A stretch of DNA of 64,000 bases from a virus (IMGVR_UViG_2923519811_000002:1-64000); one strand, 5' to 3'. Counted from the first letter of the stretch, positions 36,744 through 45,835 are shown. The notes: generated by a model from the sequence alone, not told the origin. Translations and numbers: made by a program.

Positions 36744-37770
36744 GGCCAGCCCTCGATGCACGTAGGATTTCCAGGGCCTGCTCAGCGGCGGACAGGTTCG
36801 AGTCGCTGCGCTCAGCCTGGCGAGCCTGGGTGTGGGTGATGGGGTTCTCGGTCTTCCACTGGGTGTGGTAGCCCTCGGCGTTGGCCAGGAGGGCCTTCAG
36901 CGAGTGGCACCCACGGAGGACACTGGCGTCGTTCACCCGCAGGACGAAGAACGCGGCGACCTTGGGTGCGTCCGCCTGGCCGAGGCGATCCACCAGCTTC
37001 CCGAGCATTCCGCCGACAGTGGCGTTCCACACCGGCCAGGTCTTGTGGCGGTTGCGGTAGGCGATGGCGTAGTTGGCCCAGGTCCTGAACGTCTTGCAGG
37101 TGGTGTCCTTCGGCCCGGGCATGTCAGCGGGGATCTCGCAGCGCGGCGCCGGCTGCTCCCCAGCGGGAATGAATTCCTGCGCCGGGGCCTGAATAGGCCC
37201 TCCGGCAAAACCCTGATTGGTACCCTGATCCTTGGTACCCTGATTACTGGTTACCTGATTTGTCGGAGATTTTTCCGACCCTCTGCGGATTTTTTTCCGA
37301 CCTTCCCCGGATTTTTTTCCGACCTCGCTCGGATTTTTTTCCGACCCTGCCACCTCCTTCTGCTCGGATTTTTTTCCGAGGTCGGAAGATTTTCCGGGCT
37401 CGGAAGATTTTCCGAGGTCGGATTTTTTTCCGGGGGGTGTGTACTTCTCCGAGCCATCTAGCTTGCGGTTCCACTCCTGGCCCTTCGGGGTCAGGCGGAA
37501 CAGCGTGATGCTCGACGTACTGGACAGCACGATGACGCCGGCCGCCTGCAACTGCTTCAGCAGCCGGTAGGCGGTGTCCGGTTTATCGGTGAGCAGCGGC
37601 AACTCCTCGAGGACCTTCGCCTTGCTCAGCGAGTAGAAGGTCTCGCCGCCCTGCTCTACCGGTGTCGCCCAGCTCGGGCACTCGTAGACGAAGGCGAACA
37701 TCAAGGCCTGCTGGGCGTTGAGTCCCCACTCCAGCGCCTTGACCTGGTTGATCGTGATTGTGAATTGCAT
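36736..37770 (-). CDS. Phage replication initiator (O-like)
   Basis: N-terminal wHTH-like region (ELPLLTDKPDTAYR), central iteron-encoded linker. Confidence 0.8.
   Translation of the reverse strand: MQFTITINQVKALEWGLNAQQALMFAFVYECPSWATPVEQGGETFYSLSKAKVLEELPLLTDKPDTAYRLLKQLQAAGVIVLSSTSSITLFRLTPKGQEWNRKLDGSEKYTPPGKKSDLGKSSEPGKSSDLGKKSEQKEVAGSEKNPSEVGKKSGEGRKKIRRGSEKSPTNQVTSNQGTKDQGTNQGFAGGPIQAPAQEFIPAGEQPAPRCEIPADMPGPKDTTCKTFRTWANYAIAYRNRHKTWPVWNATVGGMLGKLVDRLGQADAPKVAAFFVLRVNDASVLRGCHSLKALLANAEGYHTQWKTENPITHTQARQAERSDSNLSAAEQALEILRASRAGHA
37263..37452. repeat. Iteron array (putative origin of replication)
   Basis: About 8-9 copies of CGGA-(T-tract)-CCGA inside the initiator gene. Confidence 0.8.
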
Positions 37771-37894
37771 GTCAGCGAGCCCCCACAGCTCGATATCGAG
37801 GACGTGCAAAGAACTGCCCGGCCCCGATGGGCCAGCATGTGTCTGCATGTCGGTTTGCTCCCTGGATTGGGTGGCCACGGCTGCGGCTCCCGGA

Positions 37895-38083
37895 CTAGTC
37901 CTGGCTCTTGCGGCGGTAGAAGGGGGTCGCCCCGACACCGCCCGCACGGGGCCGCGATCGCGTGGCAACTTCGGCGTCCAGAAGCTGGCCGGCCAGCGCC
38001 TCGGCAGTCATGCCCCGGCGCAGCGCCTCGCGCTCCAGGCGAGCGAGCGTCATCTGGTCCAGCAGCAGATCGAGATCAGGCAC
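37895..38083 (-). CDS. Small hypothetical protein
   Basis: AAGGAGG RBS, within the cro operon. Confidence 0.55.
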   Translation of the reverse strand: MPDLDLLLDQMTLARLEREALRRGMTAEALAGQLLDAEVATRSRPRAGGVGATPFYRRKSQD

Positions 38084-38101
38084 AGGGCCTCCTTCGGGCC
38101 T

Positions 38102-38299
38102 TCAGCCCCGCTTCTGCTCGTCGGTAAGCTCGCCTTCGAGCTGCTCCAAGAGATCCAACTGGGTCTTGAGCAACTCGCGGCAGAACGCGGCACGCTGGGC
38201 CTTACGGAACCGGGCCCAGCCTTCGATTCGCTCAGCGGTCTCTTCGTCGACGCGGATCTTGATCTCCACGTCGTTGAGGTGTTTCCGGTTTGGATACAT
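38102..38299 (-). CDS. Small regulator in the cII position (ribbon-helix-helix-like)
   Basis: AGGAG RBS; MYPNRKHLNDVEIKIRVDE...AAFCRELL. Confidence 0.6.
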   Translation of the reverse strand: MYPNRKHLNDVEIKIRVDEETAERIEGWARFRKAQRAAFCRELLKTQLDLLEQLEGELTDEQKRG

Positions 38300-38309
38300 G
38301 GTCTGGCTC

Positions 38310-38576
38310 CTACGCAGCTTCGTCTTGCTGCCCGGGCTTCGCCTGTTCAACGAATCGCTCGGGGTAAAGGACATGGATTTCGGTCAGCACACCGTCGAAG
38401 ACACGGACCAGCTTTTCGGCCATGGAAGGCGAAGCGCGTTGTTCACAGCGCTCAATCCGCGAGAGGTTTCCGGTGTCGATGTGCTCACCCAGGTCCCGCA
38501 GGCGCTGAGCAACGTCAGCGAGTCGCCACTGGCGAGCAAGGCGGGCCTTTTTGAGAGGGGTCATGGTCGGTTGCAT
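38310..38576 (-). CDS. cro: Cro-like XRE HTH regulator
   Basis: LKKARL...LADVA...DTGNLSRIER; divergent from cI and shares its DTGNLSR recognition helix. Confidence 0.85.
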   Translation of the reverse strand: MQPTMTPLKKARLARQWRLADVAQRLRDLGEHIDTGNLSRIERCEQRASPSMAEKLVRVFDGVLTEIHVLYPERFVEQAKPGQQDEAA

Positions 38577-38605
38577 GGCAATACCCTGTGTGTGTGCCAA
38601 GCAAT

Positions 38606-38669
38606 TCTGCGCATAGCGCAGATTTATTTGCAAGAGAATCTGCGCCTGGCGCTTTGCGCGCCACGCAGA
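38606..38669. promoter_or_regulatory. OR-like operators (three 17-bp sites)
   Basis: TCTGCGCATAGCGCAGA (38606), TCTGCGCCTGGCGCTTT (38639), TTTGCGCGCCACGCAGA (38653). Confidence 0.75.
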
Positions 38670-38689
38670 CGTCGGTGGAAAATCGGGCC

Positions 38690-39334
38690 ATGGACATTGG
38701 AAAAATCATTCGAACTGCGCGGAAAGCCAAACGCTGGACGCTCGAAGAACTGGCCTCTCGCGTAGGCTCCGACACCGGCAACCTCTCGCGCTTCGAGAGA
38801 GGACAGCAAGGCGCCAGCCAAGAGCTGCTCCAGAAGCTTCTGGCAGAACTCGGCATTACCCTGGCTGATGCTGCGTCGGCCGAACCCTCCGCGAACATTC
38901 AACCCACGCTGCAGCCTTCGCGCGCCCCGAAGGAGTACCCTGTTATCAGTTGGGTAGTCGCTGGAGAACGTGCATTGTCTCTCGATGCTTACTCGCCTGG
39001 CGTGGCGGAAGAATGGCTCGCCTCCACGGAAAGCGCGGGCCCGCACGGGTACTGGCTGATTGTGAGAGGACCCTCCATGACCAGCCCCTCTCCCCCGTCG
39101 TTCCCCGAGGGAACCCCCATCCTGGTGCAGCCAGAAGGCTTTGACCTGGTCAGCGGGAAGTTCTACATCGCGAAGCACCGCGACGGGGAAACCACCTTCA
39201 AGCAGTACATATATGACAGCGGCCGCGAGTATCTGGTCCCACTCAACAAAGAGTTCAAACAGGTTGAGATGGATGATCAGTGGGACATCATCGGTCGGGT
39301 CATCGACATGAAAGCGCCAAAGGGAGTCCTTTAG
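38690..39334 (+). CDS. cI: CI repressor (XRE HTH plus S24 peptidase)
   Basis: HTH; VAG cleavage site; GPSM catalytic Ser; TFKQY catalytic Lys. Confidence 0.93.
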   Translation: MDIGKIIRTARKAKRWTLEELASRVGSDTGNLSRFERGQQGASQELLQKLLAELGITLADAASAEPSANIQPTLQPSRAPKEYPVISWVVAGERALSLDAYSPGVAEEWLASTESAGPHGYWLIVRGPSMTSPSPPSFPEGTPILVQPEGFDLVSGKFYIAKHRDGETTFKQYIYDSGREYLVPLNKEFKQVEMDDQWDIIGRVIDMKAPKGVL

Positions 39335-39357
39335 GGCGCACCCCTGCCAATATCCAA

Positions 39358-39388
39358 GAAGCCCAGCCTAGAGCTGGGCTTTTTTTTG
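39358..39388 (+). terminator. Intrinsic terminator after cI
   Basis: AAGCCCAGC-CTAGA-GCTGGGCTT plus T run. Confidence 0.85.
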
Positions 39389-39419
39389 CCCTCTTGATCG
39401 ATAAAGGCCTACCGATATA

Positions 39420-39435
39420 CTGTATATCCATACAG
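39420..39435. promoter_or_regulatory. LexA (SOS) box
   Basis: CTGTATATCCATACAG matches CTG-N10-CAG, 15 bp before the ATG at 39451. Confidence 0.85.
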
Positions 39436-39450
39436 CAAAGGAGAGCCGTT

Positions 39451-39699
39451 ATGGCACGCAAAGCAAGCAATAGTCGCACGCCTACCCCCTATGAAATCCT
39501 CGCAAAGCGAGTTCAGCAGCAGATCCTAAGTCCGCTGTCACAGGCCGAGCGACGAGCTTTGATCCAGCGTAATCCCGAAGACGATCAATCTGCCTGGGAA
39601 CAGCTCCTCGATGAGTTGAGCCAGGAGGAAAGCGTAAAGATGACGCGCCGTGACGATGGAGCTGTACACCTCACCTGGGCAGCACCCACACCTTACTGA
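39451..39699 (+). CDS. DUF1654-like protein, SOS-regulated
   Basis: TPYEILAKRVQ..I.SP..Q...WEQLLDEL...DDGAVHLTW; AAGGAG RBS. Confidence 0.78.
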   Translation: MARKASNSRTPTPYEILAKRVQQQILSPLSQAERRALIQRNPEDDQSAWEQLLDELSQEESVKMTRRDDGAVHLTWAAPTPY

Positions 39700-39714
39700 C
39701 CCCCCCTCTCAGAC

Positions 39715-39743
39715 GAGCCCGCCAATCGGCGGGTTTTTTATTG
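39715..39743 (+). terminator. Intrinsic terminator
   Basis: GCCCGCC-AATC-GGCGGGT plus T run. Confidence 0.85.
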
Positions 39744-39751
39744 CCTCAAAT

Positions 39752-39814
39752 TCTGCGCTTGACGCAGATTACATTCTGCGCATAATGCAAACCACATTCT
39801 GCGCTATGCGCAGA
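39752..39814 (+). promoter_or_regulatory. PL-like promoter with three 17-bp operators at 23-bp period
   Basis: TCTGCGC-N3-RYGCARA at 39752, 39775, 39798; -35 TTGACG (39759), -10 CATAAT (39781). Confidence 0.85.
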
Positions 39815-39830
39815 TTCGGTGAGAACCGAA

Positions 39831-39843
39831 CGCTCTTTAACAA
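39831..39843 (+). promoter_or_regulatory. boxA antitermination element
   Basis: CGCTCTTTAACAA just downstream of the PL-like promoter. Confidence 0.75.
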
Positions 39844-40177
39844 CCTGAACCCCCATGCCGGCTCTGGATACCGGCCTGCTCGAAGCTGCGACGCCCTTCT
39901 GGAGGCGACGCGCCGAGGGTTGCTTCGCTAACGCTCCCGGCCTGGACCCGTTGAAAGGGAAGAGTCTCCAGGCATAGCGGACAGGCGCGAAAGCGCTTGC
40001 GTTGATGGTTCGTGCCCAGCTGGTGGTGGCCTCGTAACCCCAGCCGCAACACGACTGCAGCGCTCGGCATGCCGGCGCCACGGTTCCCCTGACAGCCAGA
40101 AGCAAGACCGCGGGTTGTAGAAGCCCAGTAGGCGAACGCGGAGAGACGAACAACGCAAACCCGGGGTTTCGGCCCCG

Positions 40178-40346
40178 GGCTGCATTGGTGGGTGATCTGA
40201 ATGCGCAGGCTGATGCGTCAGCGCGGAGGGAGATGTAGGGGCGGAACTCCCCTGCTAAGTCTGGCCAGCGGATTGACTGAGGTGCCTCCCGTGAAACTGG
40301 TATGCCGGAGTTACAGCACCGGCCAGATCACCCAACCCATGCAGCC
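40178..40346 (+). ncRNA. Candidate structured RNA with kissing-loop potential
   Basis: Closing helices GGCTGCAT/ATGCAGCC and TGGGTGATCTG/CAGATCACCCA; two hairpins with complementary loops GCTG/CAGC. Confidence 0.5.
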
Positions 40347-40419
40347 ACACCACGGCACCGAGTAACCCGCAGCCCTGCCGGTAGCAGGGCACCTCCCACC
40401 ACAACGAAAGGAAATCGAC

Positions 40420-40599
40420 ATGCTGCTTCTCACCCGTCGCGTAGGCGAAACCATCGAAATCGGTAACGACATCAAGATCACCGTGACCGGCATCAAGGGC
40501 AACCAGGTGCGCATTGGCATCACCGCACCGCCCAGCGTGGCCGTCCACCGCAAGGAGATCGCGGACCGCATCCGCGACGAGGTGAAGCTGGCCAGCTGA
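40420..40599 (+). CDS. csrA: Phage-encoded CsrA/RsmA homologue, 59 aa (not in ORF track)
   Basis: [47 protein letters not shown]; AAGGA RBS. Confidence 0.95.
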   Translation: MLLLTRRVGETIEIGNDIKITVTGIKGNQVRIGITAPPSVAVHRKEIADRIRDEVKLAS

Positions 40600-40621
40600 T
40601 CGGCCGGCGCCCGCCAACCAG

Positions 40622-40645
40622 AGCCCCGCACCAGCGGGGCTTTTC
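40622..40645 (+). terminator. Intrinsic terminator after csrA
   Basis: AGCCCCGC-ACCA-GCGGGGCT plus T run. Confidence 0.75.
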
Positions 40646-40742
40646 ACATCCGCCCCCAGTCGAGAGCACTCGCCCCCGCGCCCAACGGCAGACAGCGGGT
40701 CGGTCGAGTGCTGCCCACTGCAGGCGAGCACAGGAGAGCGAC

Positions 40743-41054
40743 ATGCGAATCAGCACCGCACAGGCAGCAGCCGAACAGCACGTTTTCGACCAACTGGAGC
40801 ACCGCGAGCCCGACGCGGTGGACGCCTTCGCGGCCCACTGCGACGACTCGCTGCCGAGCGAACAGACCCTGTCGCTGCTGCGCGCCGTGATCGAGACCGG
40901 CGACGCCGCCTGGATCCGCCTGATGGCCCGCATCAAGCCCGAAGCACCGGCCCTGCACTCGGCCCTGGCCGGGATCGTGGACCACATCGAAAAGCACCGT
41001 GCCCGGTTCATCGCCGAACAGGCCCAGCAACTGACCCATGGAGAAGCGGCATGA
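40743..41054 (+). CDS. Hypothetical protein
   Basis: AGGAG RBS, operon coupling. Confidence 0.65.
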   Translation: MRISTAQAAAEQHVFDQLEHREPDAVDAFAAHCDDSLPSEQTLSLLRAVIETGDAAWIRLMARIKPEAPALHSALAGIVDHIEKHRARFIAEQAQQLTHGEAA

Positions 41055-41239
41055 AATACCAAGTCGACCTGATCTACTCGAAGGCCTCTCGCCAGCCCGT
41101 CTACAGCGCCACCCTGGAGGCGCCCAGCCAGAGCGTCGCGGTGGCAGAGGTCACGACCTGGGCCCGCCAGGAGGGCTGGAAGGGCGAGCCGATCCGCAAC
41201 AAGGTCCGCCCGGTCAACGACGTGGAGGACGCGGCATGA
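41051..41239 (+). CDS. Hypothetical protein
   Basis: ATGA overlaps at both ends. Confidence 0.6.
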   Translation: MKYQVDLIYSKASRQPVYSATLEAPSQSVAVAEVTTWARQEGWKGEPIRNKVRPVNDVEDAA

Positions 41240-41361
41240 AAAACATCCGCTTCCTCTCCCTGCGCGCCGCCATCGAAGCCCTGGCCATGATGGGCATCCG
41301 CACGCAAGCCGACTTAGCAGCAATCGGGCTGCAGCTGAAGGAGGTGGGCAATGGCAAATGA
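41236..41361 (+). CDS. Hypothetical protein, 41 aa
   Basis: GGAGG RBS, ATGA overlap. Confidence 0.5.
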   Translation: MKNIRFLSLRAAIEALAMMGIRTQADLAAIGLQLKEVGNGK

Positions 41362-41821
41362 CCCGAGGGCTCGAACCCGAGGAAAGCTGGTCCCCAAGCC
41401 TCCCCTCCCCTACATCAGCCGCCGAGCATTGCGCCGGGTTCGCAACCCGCTGCCAGCCCCGACGCAGTGCCCGTACTGCGACGGCCCCGTCGAGCTGGTT
41501 GCCAACGAAGCAATCTACGGCCGCCCGTTTGGCGACTGGCCTTACGCCTACCACTGCGCTCCCTGCGGCGCGATGGTGGGCCTGCACCCAGAAACCGATA
41601 TCCCCCTTGGCACGCTGGCCAACCGCGACCTGCGCGAGGCAAGGGTCACCAACAAGCAACTCTTCCACCGGATCAAGGAGCAGATGGGGTTCACGCGGTC
41701 CAGGGCCTACCTCTGGCTTGCCCGGAAGATGGGGATCGACCCCAACGAGTGCCACTTCGGCTGGTTTGACATCGAGACCTGCAAGAAGGCCGGCGACATC
41801 TGCAGAAGGAACCTCAAATGA
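41351..41821 (+). CDS. Zinc-finger protein (DUF3268-like)
   Basis: CPYC...IYG...C..CGA.VG.H....PLGTLA...LR..R...AY.WLA..MGI...CHFGWFD. Confidence 0.82.
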   Translation: MANDPRARTRGKLVPKPPLPYISRRALRRVRNPLPAPTQCPYCDGPVELVANEAIYGRPFGDWPYAYHCAPCGAMVGLHPETDIPLGTLANRDLREARVTNKQLFHRIKEQMGFTRSRAYLWLARKMGIDPNECHFGWFDIETCKKAGDICRRNLK

Positions 41822-41964
41822 ACAGCCCTCAACGCGAGCGGCGCTTCGCCATCTGGCGTGGCGCCTTCGTCGCCATCCTCGCAATCGTCGGCTGGCTGTT
41901 CCTCAACGGCCTGGCAGACCGCATCGCCCCCACCAGTGCGCCGGCGGCGCAATCGAGCCGATAG
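41818..41964 (+). CDS. Small membrane protein, 48 aa
   Basis: MNSPQRERRFAIWRG followed by one TM helix; ATGA overlap. Confidence 0.55.
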   Translation: MNSPQRERRFAIWRGAFVAILAIVGWLFLNGLADRIAPTSAPAAQSSR

Positions 41965-41973
41965 GAGCATCCC

Positions 41974-42726
41974 ATGGCACAGAGCAAGCAGAACCCCAAC
42001 ATGGCGCTCTGGGAGTCGGTCCAGACGACCGACACAAAGTACACCAAGACCGCGAATCTGGACGGTCGCACGGTCACCAGCATTAACGGCACCTACATCG
42101 CAATGCGCGCTACAGAGGTATTCGGGCCGGTCGGTAAGGGCTGGGGCTTCGACATCCTGGTTGACCGCATGGACCAGGGTGCGCCGATCCTCAACAAGGA
42201 AGGAGCTGTTATCGGCCACGAACTGATGCACACGATCCTGCTGAAGTTCTGGTACCTCCGGGGCGGCAAGAAGAACTACATCACCCAGTACGGGCACACA
42301 CCTTTCGTGCGCAAAAGCCAGTACGGCCCCTACACCGACTTCGACGCGCCCAAAAAGAGCGTCACCGACGCCATGAAGAAGTGCCTGTCTCTCGCCGGAT
42401 TCAGCGCAGACGTGCATCTGGGCATGTTCGACGACCAGACCTACCTGGAAGGTCTGGAACTGAAGAAGCGCCTGGAAGACGCAGGCGATCCCGAGTCGGC
42501 AATGGACGAGGTCAAGGAGGAGTTCAAAACCTGGCTCCGCTCCCAGCTCGAAGCGCTGAAGAGAGCCCCGAATCCCAGGGCCCTTGACCTCATGCGCAAG
42601 CAGATTGCCGAAAAGGCACGCGCCAAGGCATTGGTCGTCAAGTTCGACCCCGCTGACATCGAAGCACGCATCAACGAGGTTGCCGAAGAGCACCGGCTCA
42701 ACCTCGCCCCCACTACTCCGGCCTGA
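41974..42726 (+). CDS. Rad52/Sak-like single-strand annealing protein
   Basis: ATEVFGPVGKGWG...DAPKKSVTDAMKKCLS..GF.AD. Confidence 0.75.
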   Translation: MAQSKQNPNMALWESVQTTDTKYTKTANLDGRTVTSINGTYIAMRATEVFGPVGKGWGFDILVDRMDQGAPILNKEGAVIGHELMHTILLKFWYLRGGKKNYITQYGHTPFVRKSQYGPYTDFDAPKKSVTDAMKKCLSLAGFSADVHLGMFDDQTYLEGLELKKRLEDAGDPESAMDEVKEEFKTWLRSQLEALKRAPNPRALDLMRKQIAEKARAKALVVKFDPADIEARINEVAEEHRLNLAPTTPA

Positions 42727-42740
42727 TTGGGAGAACCGTC

Positions 42741-43700
42741 ATGACCATCCTCAACAACGTTGACCTGGCGACAGGCACTGTCGAAGTCGCTGAATACAGC
42801 ACCACTGCCGCCGCTTTGGCGGCCCTGCGTGAAAAGTACTTCGTCCTTCCCGATGCCAACACCACCGAGGGCTACGAATTCATTCGCACCGGCATCAAGG
42901 AGCTGACGGGCTTGCGCACCAAGCTGGAGGAGGCTCGTAAGCGCGAGAAGGCGCCCTACCTCCAGGCCGGCCAGATCATCGACGCCGAGGCGAAGCGCAT
43001 CACTGCCGAGCTTGTGCAGCTGGAAGACCCGATGAAGGCAGCCAAGAAGGCAGTAGACGATCGCGTAGAGCGCGAGCGCCAGGAACGTGTCGCCCGCCTG
43101 CAGGTGAAAGTGGACGCCATCAAGTCAATGCCTGGCCTGGTCCGTGGCAAGTCCAGCGCCGAGATCAGCGACATGATCGACCGCTGCGGAGAGATCGACA
43201 CTTCGCACGACTTCTTTGACCTGACCAAGGAGGCAACCGCTGCGCAGCAGGCTGCCCTGGATGAACTGACCCAAATGCTGACCGACCGCCTCGCTTTCGA
43301 GGCCTCGGAAAAGCAGCGTGAGGAGCTGGAGGCACAACAAGCAGAGCTCCAGCGCAAGATGGACGAGCAACGCGCCGAGCTTGAGCGCCAGCGCCAGGAA
43401 CTGGAGCAGCAACGTCGAGAGCTGGCGGCCGCACGCGAGGCCACGGCGCCGGCCGAGGACGTCGAGAAGATCGAGCTGCTGCAGGAGTCCCCTCCCTGCA
43501 AGGGCTTCACCACCGCATCCAGCTGGCGCGCCCGCGTCACCGATAAGTCCGCGCTGATCGCCGCGATCGCTGCCGGCTACGGCACCGAAGATCTGCTGAT
43601 CATCGACCAGGCCGCACTCGATAGCCTGGCCAACGACAAAGGCCCCAGCCTCCAACTGGCCGGCGTCACCGTCGAGAAGATCCCGGCGAAAGCCGCCTGA
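42741..43700 (+). CDS. Coiled-coil hypothetical protein of the recombination module
   Basis: 319 aa, heptad-rich; GGGAG RBS. Confidence 0.7.
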   Translation: MTILNNVDLATGTVEVAEYSTTAAALAALREKYFVLPDANTTEGYEFIRTGIKELTGLRTKLEEARKREKAPYLQAGQIIDAEAKRITAELVQLEDPMKAAKKAVDDRVERERQERVARLQVKVDAIKSMPGLVRGKSSAEISDMIDRCGEIDTSHDFFDLTKEATAAQQAALDELTQMLTDRLAFEASEKQREELEAQQAELQRKMDEQRAELERQRQELEQQRRELAAAREATAPAEDVEKIELLQESPPCKGFTTASSWRARVTDKSALIAAIAAGYGTEDLLIIDQAALDSLANDKGPSLQLAGVTVEKIPAKAA

Positions 43701-43780
43701 CCCACCCTCCTCCCTCCAAACCATGGCCCTAAGCGGCGCCACACGGTGCCGCTGACGGCCTCCCCATGCCGAGAGAAACC

Positions 43781-44431
43781 ATGACCGCACTTCAGCTGCT
43801 CTACACCTTCGACACCGAAACCACCGGCTTCCCCGACTGGAAATCGCCCAGCGAGGCGCCGCACCAGCCGCACCTGGTGGACATCGCTGCACGCCTCTAC
43901 ACCCCGGAGGGCGGCCTGGTCGACTCCTTTGAGGCCCTCATCAGACCCGATGGCTGGGTGATCCCCGATGCAGCAGCGAACGTGCACGGCATCACCACCG
44001 AACGCGCCATGGATGAAGGCATTCCCGAAGCGGATGCCCTCGAACAGTTCCTGACCTTCCATCTCCGCGCGCAGATGCGGGTCGCGCACAACCTCAGCTT
44101 CGACGACCGCATCCTCCGGATCGCGCTGAAGCGCTACCAGGGTGACGAAGCGGCCGACTCGTTCGCCAATGGCCCCAGCTACTGCACCATGCGCAACAGC
44201 ACCGACATCGTGCGCATCCCGCCCACCCCGGCCATGCGCGCCGCCAAGCGCTTCCACTTCAAGAGCCCGAGCCTGGGTGAGGCCTACACGCATTTCTTCC
44301 AGGAGGAGATGACCGGCGCCCACCGCGCCATGGCGGATGCCGCCGCTTGCGCCCGCGTCTACTTCGCCCTGCAGGGCGTGACGCTGGATGCCCCGCAGGC
44401 AGAGGCTCCAGCCCAACCGGTGGAGGCGTAG
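43781..44431 (+). CDS. DEDDh 3'-5' exonuclease (DnaQ-like)
   Basis: FDTETTG, VAHNLSFD, AHRAMAD. Confidence 0.92.
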   Translation: MTALQLLYTFDTETTGFPDWKSPSEAPHQPHLVDIAARLYTPEGGLVDSFEALIRPDGWVIPDAAANVHGITTERAMDEGIPEADALEQFLTFHLRAQMRVAHNLSFDDRILRIALKRYQGDEAADSFANGPSYCTMRNSTDIVRIPPTPAMRAAKRFHFKSPSLGEAYTHFFQEEMTGAHRAMADAAACARVYFALQGVTLDAPQAEAPAQPVEA

Positions 44432-44434
44432 GCC

Positions 44435-44893
44435 ATGGCACGCGGTGTCAACAAGGTGATCCTCGTCGGCAACGTCGGCGGCGACCCGGAAGTTCGCTAC
44501 ATGCCGAACGGCAACGCTGTCACCACCCTCAACCTCGCCACCGGCGACGTGTGGAAGGACAAGCAGACCGGCCAGCAGAAGGAGCGCACCGAGTGGCACC
44601 GCGTGGTGTTCTTCGGCCGCCTCGCCGAGATCGCTGGCGAATACCTGCGCAAGGGCTCCCAGGTCTACGTCGAAGGCAGCCTGCGCACCCGCAAATGGCA
44701 GGGTCAGGACGGCCAGGACCGCTACACCACCGAAGTCGTCGTGGACATCACCGGCCAGATGCAGCTGCTCGGCAGCCGGCCGGAGGGCAGCGAGACGCGG
44801 CGCCCGCCGCGTGAACAGACCCGGCCAACGACCCACCACCCGCAGCAACCGGCGCCGGACTACGACAGCTTCGACGACGACATCCCCTTCTGA
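44435..44893 (+). CDS. ssb: Single-stranded DNA-binding protein
   Basis: [10 protein letters not shown]...TEWHRV...DDDIPF. Confidence 0.97.
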   Translation: MARGVNKVILVGNVGGDPEVRYMPNGNAVTTLNLATGDVWKDKQTGQQKERTEWHRVVFFGRLAEIAGEYLRKGSQVYVEGSLRTRKWQGQDGQDRYTTEVVVDITGQMQLLGSRPEGSETRRPPREQTRPTTHHPQQPAPDYDSFDDDIPF

Positions 44894-44914
44894 CGACCCC
44901 GGGAGACCCATCCA

Positions 44915-45835
44915 ATGTGGTTTCGCAACCTGCTGATCTACCGCCTCACCCAAGACGTCCCCTTCGACCCCCAGGCTCTGGAGGCAGCCCTTGCCAGCAA
45001 GCCGGCGCGCGCCTGTGAAAGCCAGGAGTGGACGACCTTCGGCTTCGCGCCGCCCCTGGGAAAGGGCACCGACGCCCTGGTCCAAGCCAGTGCCGGCTTC
45101 CTGCTGATCTGCGTCCGGCGAGAAGAGCGCATCCTGCCCACCTCCGTAATCAACGAGGAGCTGCGCAAGAAGGTCGACGCGATCGAGGAAAGCCAGCAGC
45201 GCAAGGTCTACAAAAAGGAACGCGACCTGCTGAAGGACGAGATCGTCCAGACCCTGCTGCCCCGTGCCTTCACGCGCAAGTCGGCCACCTACGCGGCGAT
45301 CGCGCCGGCCGAGGGCCTGGTCCTGGTGGACCACACCAGCCCGAAGCGGGCCGAGGACCTGCTCTCGACGCTGCGCGAGGCACTCGGCTCCCTTCCCGTC
45401 CGCCCGGTGTCCGTGAAGGTGGCGGCCACCGCCACCCTCACCGACTGGGTGCGCAACCAGAAGGCCGGGACCGACTTCTGGCTCAGCGACGATGCGCTGC
45501 TGCGCGACACCGACGAGGTCGGCAGCATCAACGTCAAGCACCAGGACCTGACCAGCGACGAGATCCAGCTGCACATCTCCTCCGGCAAGGCCGTCACCCG
45601 CCTGTCCCTCGCCTGGAAGGACAAGCTCTCCTTCGTCCTCGATGAGGGCCTGGTCATTCGCAAGCTCCGCTTCGACGACCTCCTGCAGGAGAAGGCACTC
45701 GACGACGCGGGCAAGGACGCCGACGCCCTGTCCCAGCAGATAGCCAGCTTCACGCTGATGATGCTGACCCTCCGCGAATTCATCCCCGCCCTCCTCGACG
45801 CCCTGGGCGGTGAGGAAGTGCCCACCGGCATCTGA
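44915..45835 (+). CDS. rdgC: Recombination-associated protein RdgC
   Basis: [11 protein letters not shown]...LLPRAF...[10 protein letters not shown]. Confidence 0.95.
   Translation: MWFRNLLIYRLTQDVPFDPQALEAALASKPARACESQEWTTFGFAPPLGKGTDALVQASAGFLLICVRREERILPTSVINEELRKKVDAIEESQQRKVYKKERDLLKDEIVQTLLPRAFTRKSATYAAIAPAEGLVLVDHTSPKRAEDLLSTLREALGSLPVRPVSVKVAATATLTDWVRNQKAGTDFWLSDDALLRDTDEVGSINVKHQDLTSDEIQLHISSGKAVTRLSLAWKDKLSFVLDEGLVIRKLRFDDLLQEKALDDAGKDADALSQQIASFTLMMLTLREFIPALLDALGGEEVPTGI

Noticed and set aside
37263-37452. Repeat array as CRISPR
   Set aside because: Units are short, lack unique ~30-nt spacers, lie in frame inside a replication gene, and no cas genes are present
40118-40142. GGCGAA-CGCGG ending suggestive of an HDV-like ribozyme
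   Set aside because: Too little sequence between the candidate P2 strands to build P3, P1 and P4; treated as a simple stem within the leader
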